Part shown: positions 39,550 to 52,033 of the stretch, in pieces
How positions within the stretch are numbered: the first letter of the stretch is position 1
Layout: every line of letters starts with the position of its first letter
Assembly (NCBI RefSeq): GCF_000150275.1
Contig: NW_002060943.1
Location: 12,865,968-12,929,967, forward strand
Length of the DNA stretch: 64,000 nt
Source: Trichoplax adhaerens
Taxonomy: Eukaryota; Animalia; Placozoa
Reading direction: 5' to 3'
Made by a program: the position numbers and the translations under genes
The notes under the pieces: generated by a model
Told to the model about the DNA's origin: nothing
Seen by the model: only the letters and a program-made list of their open reading frames with translations
Database searches by the model: none

Positions 39550-40014
39550 TTATAGGGTCATGGGTTCTAGTAGTAAGGCTCGATGGTAAAGAGTAAGTTA
39601 ACGGCACCAGTCCATAGGAGACTAATGGTGTCAAAGATACTTTATTTAGGTATTAGAATAGTTAAATGCCATTACTGAGTAATTTAGAACCGATAGCTGT
39701 ATCCCTAAAGTGAGAATGTAGGGGAATTCATTCTGATATCTAGCTACGTATAGAATACGTTGTCTAAGTTGCTACTGTAATATTCAGCAATAAGTTCGGT
39801 ACAGAACTGTTTTAATTAGCTAACCTAGGGAGACAATTTTATTGAGAGATAGTTCCGTAGTCGGGATAGAAATTTTACTTATTACACTTCCTTTTCGTTT
39901 TAGATATATAACAAAAATTACAATAGAATTCAAGAGTATATGATTCACAAGAATTTGCGATATAGAGAGTATGTTTCGAACGATCAGTTCTCGATTTGTT
40001 TTATTTTCACACAT
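39550..40014 (-). pseudogene. Possible highly decayed rhodopsin-type GPCR remnant
   Basis: In order, broken by stops and frameshifts: TM1-like LLNSIVIFVIYLKRK, TM2-like PNLLLNITVAT*, TM3-like ISLLWTGAVNLLFTIEPYY*. Confidence 0.4.
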
Positions 40015-43000
40015 CGAATACCAACTGCGGTACTACGTTACTGGTAACAAATTTAGTAATCAGCTTCTATTTCTATTTTAGCTATACGACAAAGAAGCCT
40101 ATATGATTTTAAATTAATAACCACTTCTTTAAATTGTCGAAGAAAGGAAAGAAATCATCCGATTACGATAAAATATGCATTAGAAAATATTCTTTATTCC
40201 ATAACTTACGTCAAATTTTTCTCTGTCCCTTCCACGATCGTGTTTGTACTTCCAATCCAATAATGAATATTTACCGTAGAATAAAAACCATCCTATAGGA
40301 TGGGTTAAATTTATTCGAAACTGCTTGCCTGCGATTTGATGCCAGGAGCAGGAAACTGATTTTGGTGCTTGTATACCGTTGCGTAGATACGAGCTATTCA
40401 TTCCGATCACACTCGGACACTCGGATAGCAGGACGGGTTTCCACTTCTCTAATTAGTACGCAGAATTTAAATTTATTTTTGCAAATGGTGCATTATATAC
40501 CACAAATAGCAGGCACTTCTATGTAATATGCTATAATGGAAAGATTTATTAATTCTCTATCCTGTTTTAATACAACAAATTCGTGTTTTAGCACATTACC
40601 CGCTATTCAATACTGCTTGGAATGGCAGAAAAGATAAAATAGCGGTATTAAAAACGGTATCTTAATGGTTATTCAATTTAAAATTATTCCTACATTAATA
40701 AATGATATAATGGCTTTTTAATAATTTTATCATATAAAGAAACTATCGTAGAATAACCATTAAAATAAATGGTTTTATAAACTATCTCAGTACTAAATTT
40801 CAGTGCAATAGTAATTACATTTCCTATGTTCATTGGTTCTAATACAATCTAAAGTTTCTAGAAATTACGATACGTGACAGAATTATTAGACCAATAAAGA
40901 ACATTTCTTTATTTATTTATTATGATAAATAAGTAAGTGTTTCTTTTGGTCAGTTAAAATTGCTATCCATCAAACTAAATGTAAGGATTTAATAAAAAAT
41001 GACACCTAGCTCGGCATTAAATTAAGTATCCTACTAAATAAAATTATCAGATCATTTACTTTATGGTATTGGATTCAGAAGTTGAAAAATGACCTTCAAT
41101 CTTATCCCCTGCAGTTCTCTCAAGTTTAGTGCAATATTTGAAAAAATAATTATTAAATTTGGTATCAAATTGATAGAAGTCCGTGATAAAATGTCTTCTC
41201 AAAAATACAACAAGAACTACAGTTTCTTGTAAACTTCACTTTAAGGCATAAAATTAAGTTTGTCTTCCAACTACTAAGGTCTGCCAAACTGCAACCAGAC
41301 TATCTTTGGACTATCTAGCGTACAATTTAAACTATTCTCGTACAATCTTGGATCGTAATCTAAGCTATTTTGAGGCTGTACTACAAAATGATGTCTGCAT
41401 GCTGGTTCTGTAGCATGTTATGCTTTCAAAACTACTTGATTTCTTCATAAATAAATGATTATGATTAAGGCCTAACTATGAATTTTGAGATACTTCTAAT
41501 ACAATTTTCTAAAGATAAAATATCGTTTTGGCAAGATCAAGTACTTTATCAGCAGCTGATCCTTAACTATTATATCTACTAAATCGTAATTCAGTTTAAG
41601 TAACGAACTCAAATGGAATCAATTTAAGTGAATGCTTGTTCAAGATATTCTTAACCAACTGACAAACTGATAGAATAATAAAACATTGCAAGGAGAGCCA
41701 ATAAACCCCAGTAGTCAATTAAACTGTCTTTGACAAAGCAAACTGGAATGGATTATGGTTATAGGGTAATCTACTCCTTATCAGCATCTCATCTTCTCTA
41801 CTTCTGAATTTCTTAACTACTTGTTATGAAGTGACTTTTCCTATAAAATACTTATCTTAATTTCGTCAGATAAAATGCCGTTATCGATGATGTTATACAT
41901 ACTTTTAATCGATAACTACATAGCTTTATAATATTGTCTATAAACCGATCATTAATGTTTAGGTCGATTTACTATTGAATGAATGATTTTTTCAATAAAA
42001 TTTAGGTTCAGTTAGGCCTAAGAGTGACCAGTATGGCGTTACTGTTCCTCCTGACGAATGGAGATCGTCTGCATTCCGAGTCGTAATATAGGTTAATGTC
42101 AGGGAGGACAAACCTGACTCTAGACTCATAGAGTATATAGTTTCTACAACAGTTTGATTTTTTCTTGTTAAAAATTTCGATTTGTAACACTACTACAGTA
42201 TACACCACCTTTTATATGCTGCATTTAGCAGTTGGTAGTATCAAACCAAAGGATTATCATTCTGAAGTCATTTAAATTAATCTTACAATTAATCACTTAG
42301 CTATAGAAAGAATTTACGGCAGATGACATGATATTATTAAAATAAACAACAAATCTTATCACAAATAAAATTCTGTCACATATCCAACATATACAGCGTT
42401 ACAATTACAAAGATTTGCATTTCAAGTTGGTTACATACAGCAATCTCTTATCATGTTCTGTATATTACCGTACTCAACAAAACTTACGACTTCCTAACTA
42501 TAACATATTATAACCAAAGTGTCGAAGTCAAATTTACAAGATCTACTTTAATCAACAAATTAAATTAGTCTCAGTTATAAGCATTAACAGTATGTTGCAA
42601 TACTTAGACTACTTTCGTGTATTTTATCTAAGACATACACACTGCTACAATACTTAATATAGTAGAATTCTGAAAACTAAGCATAATTACAGATGGAAGT
42701 GTTTGTCATATTATATGTTATATTTTAAGACACTTTTACTTCAAGCATATTAATCAATGGTATGAACATTAATGAATTCTATAATTGATATTTATTATTA
42801 TTCTGCGCTATAGCTTTCATTAACATAAGTCGATTTCAAAATTTTGTTACTGTCACAACTGCAAATTAAACTTAAAAAAATCTCCCTTATTTTCACGTTA
42901 CCAACAAGTAACCACGAATAACCAATTGCCAACGAGCAACTTAATGATTTATTCAACTTTAACATAAGCAGAAGTCTCCCATTCCTCTATCGTAATTCCT

Positions 43001-43776
43001 TTTTATATCATTACAGTTAATACATCAATACTCCAAATTTGTAAGGTAAGCGAATAAAATCACGGCAACAGTAAATATGTTTAAAACATAATCTCACGAC
43101 AGTAATTATCCTTAAAATGGCGAACATAACCAGTAATAATCCCTAATATGGAAATCAATTGAATATAATAGTTAGTGACTATCAACGTCTTGCATAATTT
43201 TTTCTCCTACTATATAATTCAATTTATTTCAATAAATACAATGCAATTTAATTTGCATAAACCGTGCACGTAGGTACTATTGCATAAAATTTGTGTAACA
43301 TCAAGTTACTGTTATAGCGTTAGCACACCATTTGTCGAAGGATTAAGTGTATACAGATCATTTATAAGAGGCCTTTAGGGCTTATCCTCTTACATAAATA
43401 GACAGAAAATATTAATTTATTGGATAGCAGCTTATTTTTAGTTATCGTATTTGATCAATAAATGAACAGCTTACTCGTGATACTTAAGGTGTCGAAGGGC
43501 ATGGAAAGCCTTAAGTTAAGGTCTAAATTGATAGCTAGGGATTAAATAGCAAAGAATATAATAAATTTGATTACGGTCTCCGGCATTAATTAAACAAGAC
43601 ATAAAGGCATTCTTAGCAGATTTTCATGCAAAATGATGATTTTACAACGTAAGCAAACATTAAAACAATTAAAATGAATCAGTAATGATTACATCAAGTG
43701 CAATTCACAATGAATGTACTGATATGTATAAATAGCATATTACGGATTGATGGCAGGGTTGGAAAGGCTTGATGGA

Positions 43777-44581
43777 TTACTTGCTACGATACAGTAATTT
43801 CGTAAATTTTGAGATCATTCCAGTGCTAACCCGTTTGTCAAACTTTACATCAATAACTGGATTTATGAGGTGGAACGATGTCATGTTACCGATGATAATA
43901 TGGAATAATACAAAAGCAAATACGTTGCTTACTGAGATACTAAAAGACCGATTTATGACAGATTACAAATATTATAGAACCTAAAATATGAGGAGAAATT
44001 ATTACAACTTAACATATCGCTATAGAAATTAACATTTTGATAAATTTCTATCTTTTATAAAATTCGCTACGAAGCTGTTGTGATGTCCAATTACAGGTAC
44101 CTTCAGGGATCGGAGATAGATAGAATCCAAATGCAACGTTTCACACATTGATACTGACCAAATACGAAGTTCAGTTGTAATCAGAAATTTTCTTTTATGT
44201 TTTCGATAAAAGGGTGAGAATAGCCATACGACGACAATTTAGTGATCAACAGCAATCAATGCAAAGTTCATGATGGAAATTACATTTGATGCAAATACTA
44301 TCGTTGTGGTAGCACTACAATGATAAACGATATAGTCTGAATGGACTAGCAATAATATAGTATGCATGGTTATAGATGCTACCGCCATAATATCCGATGT
44401 TACTGACATTCGAAGTAACCGATAGGTGGTATTTTGGAAATGTTTTGCGTGAAAGTAGATTGAGAAAAATTATGTTTCCTGTGAACCCAATTACAAATAA
44501 GGGAGGAAAAATTATATAAATACAACCATAAATTTGGAAACAAAGCAATTCAAACGAGTTTGTTGTATTGGAGATATTCAT
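43777..44581 (-). pseudogene. GPCR pseudogene, paralog of 55598-56557
   Basis: Starts MNISNTTNSFELL (compare MDISNRTNSFGLL) and is colinear to the stop codon. It has frameshifts, DRY changed to DH-stop (~44240), and a ~150-bp deletion near 44090 removing TM5 (805 vs 960 bp). Confidence 0.92.
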
Positions 44582-47500
44582 TCTTTTAGTCAAGAAAACG
44601 ATCGGTTATTAGATAGTTTATAAATATTCGTAGGTTCTATAATATTCGGCTTCTAATTGAATTTTTAAATGAAAAGTCGGACAGTTGCTGGTAAATAGAC
44701 AAGGAAATATATAAACGGTATTTTTGAGGCTTCCTTAGCAAATGATGCACAATATAAATAGATGCCACTATTCAATGTGCTACAATAGGCATCTTAATTA
44801 ACTTTCTTTACAATTCAGTATCATCAAACTATCAGAATATTGCCGTATTGCCTTATGTATAAGTTTACTGCTATTCGATGTTGCTTAATCAAGAAACAGT
44901 TTTCAAAAAGAAATCAGGAGATTATAAATATCCATCTCTTTCAACTTGCGGATTGAGGATATTGCTTTGGAAAATGGTTTATATGTGATTGAGTTCAACA
45001 ATAGAAGACTTAAATCTAGCCCGTTAAAACTAACGATTCGAACTCTTCATATAAGCTGGAATGACAAGAACTGCTATAATCTTGACTATTGCAGTCCAGC
45101 ATTAAGCCCGACTCATCAATTAACTAAAATAGCTAGTTTAGTTACTAGGCCAAGTGGCAGCCAGATGGATCAAAATTTAATTACTCTTTCATTAATGAAA
45201 TACAAATCAATAATTAATTTTAAGTGCTTACAGCTAAATCCTATAAAAATATGTCCCTTTCATGTTGTAGATTGTGAACAGGATGTTGCTTTAATAATGG
45301 CTTGTACGAGATCAAGAAGTGGAAATTAAGATTGAAATAATAATATAGTTAGGCGAAAGTAAGTATCGATCCCTTTCATCTAGTAGATTGGAGGACGTCG
45401 CTTCAAAAAATAATGGCTAAAAGGAAACAATGCTCAGCAATAGAGGAATGAGAGAGTGATCAAGTAAAATGCTGGGTTAAAACACTTCATTAACCCTGGA
45501 ATGAAGAAATCTACTATCGCCTCGACTATTACAGAAAGATTTTAAGCTCAAAGTCTGTCTGTTAGTTTATCCATTTCACCAAACCAATACAGTTATGAAC
45601 TCCACATATCGACTTTCATCGAGCGTGATCTATCTATATAAAATTTAGTTCGATGATGGGACATTTTTAGGTAATAGTTTTGATGCAACAAGGCGTTAAA
45701 ATGATACGTTGAATGTCTCGTATCAATAGTCTAAAATGAGATCTGTTAATAGAAAGTTAATTTTACCTCTTGCTAAGCAATGTTGGCATCACACATTACA
45801 TATCGTAAAAGTCTATACAGTAGTATTAGCTAATTAAATAATCATTTACGTACCATAAATGCATAAATAGTGCTTTATCACCTATTCATTTTTAGTATCA
45901 TGATGACTGCTATTTTGATGCAAGTATAAAGATGTAATGACATGTAAGCTAATATCTGCTGGCATAATTGTCTAATACAGTTATTTGTAGCCTGTGTACA
46001 CTATTACATTGAACTAACGAATAATTGCTGAACTTCTAAACAATCAATAGCTCTTCAAACAAGTTTCAAATTTAATTACACAAAACTTCGCTTTATTTGT
46101 CAATCGAAGGTCTTCTGATTTGAGGTCTATTAGCTCCATACTAAAGAAGTTCTATTTAGCAACTGTCATTGAATACTTTGTACTGATGCTGAGTAATATT
46201 GATATTAAGTGTTTTCTTGTCTAATACAAGATAAGAAATTATTGATTAATTCACGTAAGAGAGTTAACAATTTGTGAGGACTAATTTTATTGTTGATACA
46301 ATGACGTAATTAGCTAAATGTTACAAACTTTAGTTCAGTAATAATTCTTAAAATGGAAACTATGCTCATTTCACATACCCTAACCCTACAACTAACACTA
46401 ATATTACTGCTTCATAAAAAATTATCGCAATTTTAAAATTAAAAATATTTACGTGTTTGTTTAATTTTGTAATATTTATGTAGCCAACGACGAAGAAATT
46501 AATTATATATTATATATAAAACCACATTACTAAGCAACTTAATCTATTGACAATCAGACTTGACTCATCGAATAGAAGACTTTATCTCAAATAGAACATC
46601 ATTATCTTCTACAATCTGAATCATTCTACTTAAGATATCCCTACTCTTCTATTAATTTCCAGCGCCTTTAGGTGTTAGGTATCTACACAATTGCAGTGTT
46701 TCTTGTCATATATATCTTGTATCATAATTATATATCTGGCTAGTATTAGTCATCAACAATTTCTAATGTAATAGTTGTCAATCATTTATATTAGCTTCAC
46801 GTTAATATCTATTTGTCACAAAACAGCTTTGCAACAAGATAACGCAATATACGATCAATAAGTCAATTCCTTGAACCACGTATCAAGGAACGATATCTGC
46901 ACTATCACAAACACTTTTGCTCTACTAGCAGACTACACAAAGACTTAAACGCCTCGTATTTTACGTTAAACACTAAGTTGGAGAAATTCTCTTTATTTCA
47001 CGATATACTGCATTTATATACTACTCCTCAATAGTCCATGAGTCATAGTTAATACAATTAACATTAGAATCATTTACTGAATTAGATATTTATTATAGCT
47101 ACTGCTCCCTTAATGCAGACAACAGTATTTACGAACATAGACATGTAATGACTAATACAGAATAGTCAGATTACGATATGTCCTATCACGGAACATTTCC
47201 ATGATAATTTACAGTCTACCATAAGTAAATTACAATCACAATGATTCGAACTGTAAGTAGATGATTTGTATTCCCTATTATAACTATTAATTTCAGTATG
47301 TGTATAAGTGTCACTGTCATAAAAAGTCAGTGCTATATTAAAACACAGTATATCCAAATTAGAAGTTAACTAAATAAGGATAGTCTAACAGAATTATCCT
47401 AACATAGATATTTCTACTGTAATACAGTAACACTGTAGCACTATTCTTAGTGTCTAACTATATCAAATATAGCTATTAAAAAAATCAAACATAGCTATCC

Positions 47501-48066
47501 TTATTATCAAATATGGCGCATCATTACTCTCTCCCTCTAAGCAAACAATCTAGTTTTTAATACCCACGGCATTCACACATCATTATGAAATAAACATTTC
47601 CCGGCGTATGAGTAAGTAGAAAAACTACAACTTTGTTTTAGTCAGCAATTGTCGTAAAAGAATCTAAAAGATATGCACTCACAGTCAATTTAAATAGCCT
47701 CGATAAATCAAATTATTTGAAGCTTACTCATGACATTAAAGTGTCCTACTTCTTATCCTCTCCTCGTTGTTTCCATCTAGGAATAGAGCTTGTTAACGAC
47801 AAGTTTATATCACATTTTATGCGTAATAGTTTGTATAGAATATATTATGTTGGTGGATCGCGACTGATGATTAAACGGTGAAGTACGGTATTCATTCTTA
47901 TGCTATACCAAGTACTGAAAGACATAACTGATAGCTTATAAAACTGTGCCCAATAAGATTAGACATTTTAATGCTATTACTAAATCCAAGTCAGTCTAAG
48001 ACCATAGAAATTGTTAAATTACTATCCTACTGTAGTAATAAGGCGATAGCAGTAATATAGTATTGT

Positions 48067-48611
48067 GATATACCAATCACGAAATTCCAAATTTTAGAAA
48101 AATAAGGGCTTTATTCAATCTTATATAAAGATTAACTACACAGGTCTACTCTAGCCGAATACTACTTCTAAAGACTTCTAGAACGAACTAACAGAATAAT
48201 CTAAAGTTGCATGCTTTTATACTTTCCGTAGCATTCGCAGCTACAATCCGCATGGCAACCTTTTACCTTATTTTACACATAGTTAAATTATTCTTAGTAA
48301 GACTATTCTACTGCGGACCATCATTAATCCAATATGGATACGACTACAGTACTTACGTAGACATTATTCACACCAGCCAAAGTACAATGAATTAACCATA
48401 TCCTAATATATGATTTACAGTTCTATTTTTACCTACAGCCATATTAGTAACTCAACAGCTTACTGTATATAGTCATCTGTACTCTAGCATAGAGTCTCTA
48501 TCACTACAGTCTATAGTTACAGCTACCAAATATCTCTTAGGATAAATATCTACCGTACATTATACTACACATGGCTAACAGTCTACAATCACAATACTAA
48601 GTTACATTACA
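48067..48611 (+). repeat. Dispersed repeat copy A (~545 bp), inverted relative to copy B
   Basis: Closely matches the reverse complement of 58630-59173 along its whole length (ATATACCAATCACGAAATTCC...CTAAGTTACATTAC). Confidence 0.92.
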
Positions 48612-51073
48612 AGTATATTAAGAAAAAGTTAGCGATTCTAAATTAAAGAATTCTCACCTTGAACCGGTTTAAATTAATGTCATAATCGATCACTTAAGTT
48701 CAGGGAATTTTACCGTGGAAGCCTCGATATTACTAAATTCAATTATGAATTTAACCATAGATGAATTACTATCACATATGATATCTACTATGCACAGTAC
48801 TAAAATTACTAAATGTATGCATTTTCTATTGGTTGTAGTCTATTAAACGCGTATGACACAATATATATTGCTCAACCAAAGTAACAATTACATAACAACC
48901 ATTAATCACAGCCCAGATAAAGTAGTTAGAATTATAATATCTACTTTAATCAGTTAACTAAATGATTCACTGTCGCAAATATCCAAGGTAAGTTATATTA
49001 CTTTATTATTAAATATCACTCTTGCATAGTGTCACAGTCATCAAAATAACTTAGATATGGATGTTTAGTTTATGAATAAGATATTGTTTTGAACTTTTAG
49101 AAGTATTAACTACTACTTTAGGAATTGTTATTGTTAGTAATACACTAAGTTATTATGATGTTATGATGATATAGTAATATGTTACAAGCAAGTATCGAGA
49201 GCAAAGGAACTTGACAGAGCTTACTGTCGAACTAGATTTACATATGAAACTGTTTATTACCTCGAATATCCGTATTCGATAATTCAATCGTAATAACATG
49301 TTTGTTATTGAATGTTGATAGCATAGTAAATATATTTATAACTGCTGAAAGAGTATATAAGAAGGACTGTGAACAATAGAAAGTGAATCAGGTTAAGGCT
49401 AAGTTGGATGATAGCTTTATACCGCATATTGTGTTGAGCGAGCTAGTTCTTCTTAAGGATTCCGATTACTATACCGTAGATTAGGGAAGTAGTTGTGCGG
49501 ATTAAAGTAAAGTTTATTATAAACGCTGTGTTTTTTTCTTGTGTCGCAAGGGTAGTTGTGGCACATATATTTTATTGAAGCTAAAATTATTTCTTCTACA
49601 ATATAACAATAAGTATAGAATCTAAAAGCAAACATTATTGGTAGATCAAGGACTTTCATATTATTTTTTGAAGCGCATTATGCTTTTCGTTAAACTATCA
49701 GTAGCCTGTATTATATAGAGTATTGTATTGAAATTTCTCAGACATAAAATTTATTCAATTGCTTCAAACAATTGCCCCTGTGTTCGTTCTTATTAATTTA
49801 TGCCTTCGCTATTAATTAATTCTATATCGATAACTTATTTCCCCAACTCTTACATAGCCTTTACTAACATAAATGGATTGCATGACTTTGCTATTGTCTA
49901 TCGATACGCGATTATTGATTTGTGCTTCAAAGTTTTCTTTGTTTAGGTCCCTCAAACGATATCAACAGTTATGATGCACGTTAATTTGCATGAACTGTGC
50001 ACATGGTCATAATGACTAAATATGTAAGGATTTAATATCGAGTTCTGATATTATTCTGTTATCATAATAACTACAGGATAGAGTATTTTTAGATCATTAC
50101 AACAAAAATTTAGCAATTATCTAGCTGCGGCATGTACTTTCCATTTAATAAATGCCTTGATTACGATAAATATATTAAATTACGCGAAATTTATTTTTTA
50201 TTCTAATTTATTAGCAAGGATAACAGTTTGATTATTACAAAGTAAATATTCAGTTCAGTTACAATAAACTTGAGAACTTGTTATTAATTATGGTACTTTA
50301 TGGACTATTGCAAATATTGCATGCTAGTAAATTTTTAGGTATTACACAAGATGAAAGCTTAAGTTAAGGACTGATTTCATAACTTGAAGTTACAACCAAG
50401 GATATTATTACTTGCAGTTTCGCCCTTCTACATCAAATAGGGTATACGGCTTGTGTAAGAAATGTAGGAATAGTAACTTTGTTAACGTTAGCGGACATCA
50501 AACGATTCAGACCAAATAGTAATGATCTAATCTAATATTACCGATACATGATGCATAGATAGCGAGTATATTTATATATTGCTGGTAAAATAAAAATTAG
50601 ATGTATTACTGTGATAGAGGGTTCGAAGAGTCAGATAATGTGGTTTTAGTTGCCATGCAGAGAATTGCACCAGGAGCTTAAGAAAAGAGGATACTTTATT
50701 GTAGATAGTAGTTAGGTACAATGTGATAATTACGGTAGGTCAGCGTGGTAGCTGCCGTGAGTAAAGTGTGAATACTAACTGTGACTAATAATGCAACTTA
50801 AGAAGTCTAAGGCAGAAAACGGCAGTATTAAAGCTATAGCATTAAAACACATGCAGAGAACATGATTGTAGGATTAGATACAACATATACCATAACAGAT
50901 TATAGAATAGCAGATGATTGTAGAAAATAGCGAGGACAGTAATCACTAAATGTAGTAAGCCATATTTGAATGTAGAGCGACCAGACTGTAGATATGTCTA
51001 AATATAAGATTAATACAACATGTCTATATTTAAGAGTAGAATATAGTGACAGTATAATCTAAATACACTACAA

Positions 51074-52033
51074 TTACATACTAGAATGGAATAGCTTTTT
51101 AACTTCAGATATTATACCGGCCCTGATTTGTTTATCAAATGTCACGTAAATAAGTGGATTCAGAAAATGTATCGATAGGACTAGACCATTTATAAAATAG
51201 TTCACTATAAACAAATAAATGTTACCAGGTAAAAGGCGAATTAGGGATTTTTGAGTTATTGAAGCTATAACGCAGCATACAAAATAAGGTAAGCTTAGAA
51301 GTATATAGCATAAGGTTATATAAATCAAAACTTTAATAAATTTTCTTCTCTTTGTAAAGTCTTCATAGAGTTGCTCTGATGTCCGAATGCCAGGTCGAAC
51401 ATAATTCTTTTGATAGATTGCAACTTTTGCATAAGACATGACAATCGTTGCAGTAGGCATGACATATGAAATAAATGACCAATGCAATACATATACTGAT
51501 TCATTAACGCCCATTTCTGGAAAATCACATGTTGTAGGAAAATCTGGATACGAAGACACATACAATAACATTATTGATGTTACAGATATTGATACCAACC
51601 AAATGAGAATCTCAGTTGTAATCAGAAATCTTCGTTTGTGATTTCGGTAAAATGGCGAGAATGGTCTTACAACAATAAAATAGCGATCCACAGCGATCAA
51701 TGCTAAATTCATCATGGAAACCGTGTATGATGTATATAAAATCGTTATACCAATACGACATAGATTGGAACCAGCGACGAAATCTAAATTACCAAAGGTT
51801 ATCATAATAAACATGATCACGGCTGTACTTGCCGAAATAGTATCAGATATAACTGATATTCGAATCAAGCGATAGGTAGTCTTTTGGAATGTTTTGTCTG
51901 TAAAAAGCAATTTGAGTATAAGTATATTTAATATCAATCCAGTTATGTGTGTCGGAATAAAAAATGCCGCAGCATAGCGATAAATTTGTCTAAAATTCGG
52001 TGGAAATAAGTTTGTCGAATTGAAGGTATTCAT
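51074..52033 (-). CDS. Intronless class A (rhodopsin-like) GPCR, 319 aa
   Basis: Seven hydrophobic segments, N-terminal NST sequon, TM2 ISD, TM3 C..IAVDRY, TM4 W, ECL2 Cys, TM5 P, TM6 LPY, TM7 NPLIY. Confidence 0.93.
   Translation of the reverse strand: MNTFNSTNLFPPNFRQIYRYAAAFFIPTHITGLILNILILKLLFTDKTFQKTTYRLIRISVISDTISASTAVIMFIMITFGNLDFVAGSNLCRIGITILYTSYTVSMMNLALIAVDRYFIVVRPFSPFYRNHKRRFLITTEILIWLVSISVTSIMLLYVSSYPDFPTTCDFPEMGVNESVYVLHWSFISYVMPTATIVMSYAKVAIYQKNYVRPGIRTSEQLYEDFTKRRKFIKVLIYITLCYILLSLPYFVCCVIASITQKSLIRLLPGNIYLFIVNYFINGLVLSIHFLNPLIYVTFDKQIRAGIISEVKKLFHSSM

Noticed and set aside
43769-43984. 71-aa plus-strand ORF
   Set aside because: Antisense to the GPCR pseudogene.
46378-46402. 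Telomere-like CCCTAACCCTA
   Set aside because: Under two perfect units; compatible with chance.
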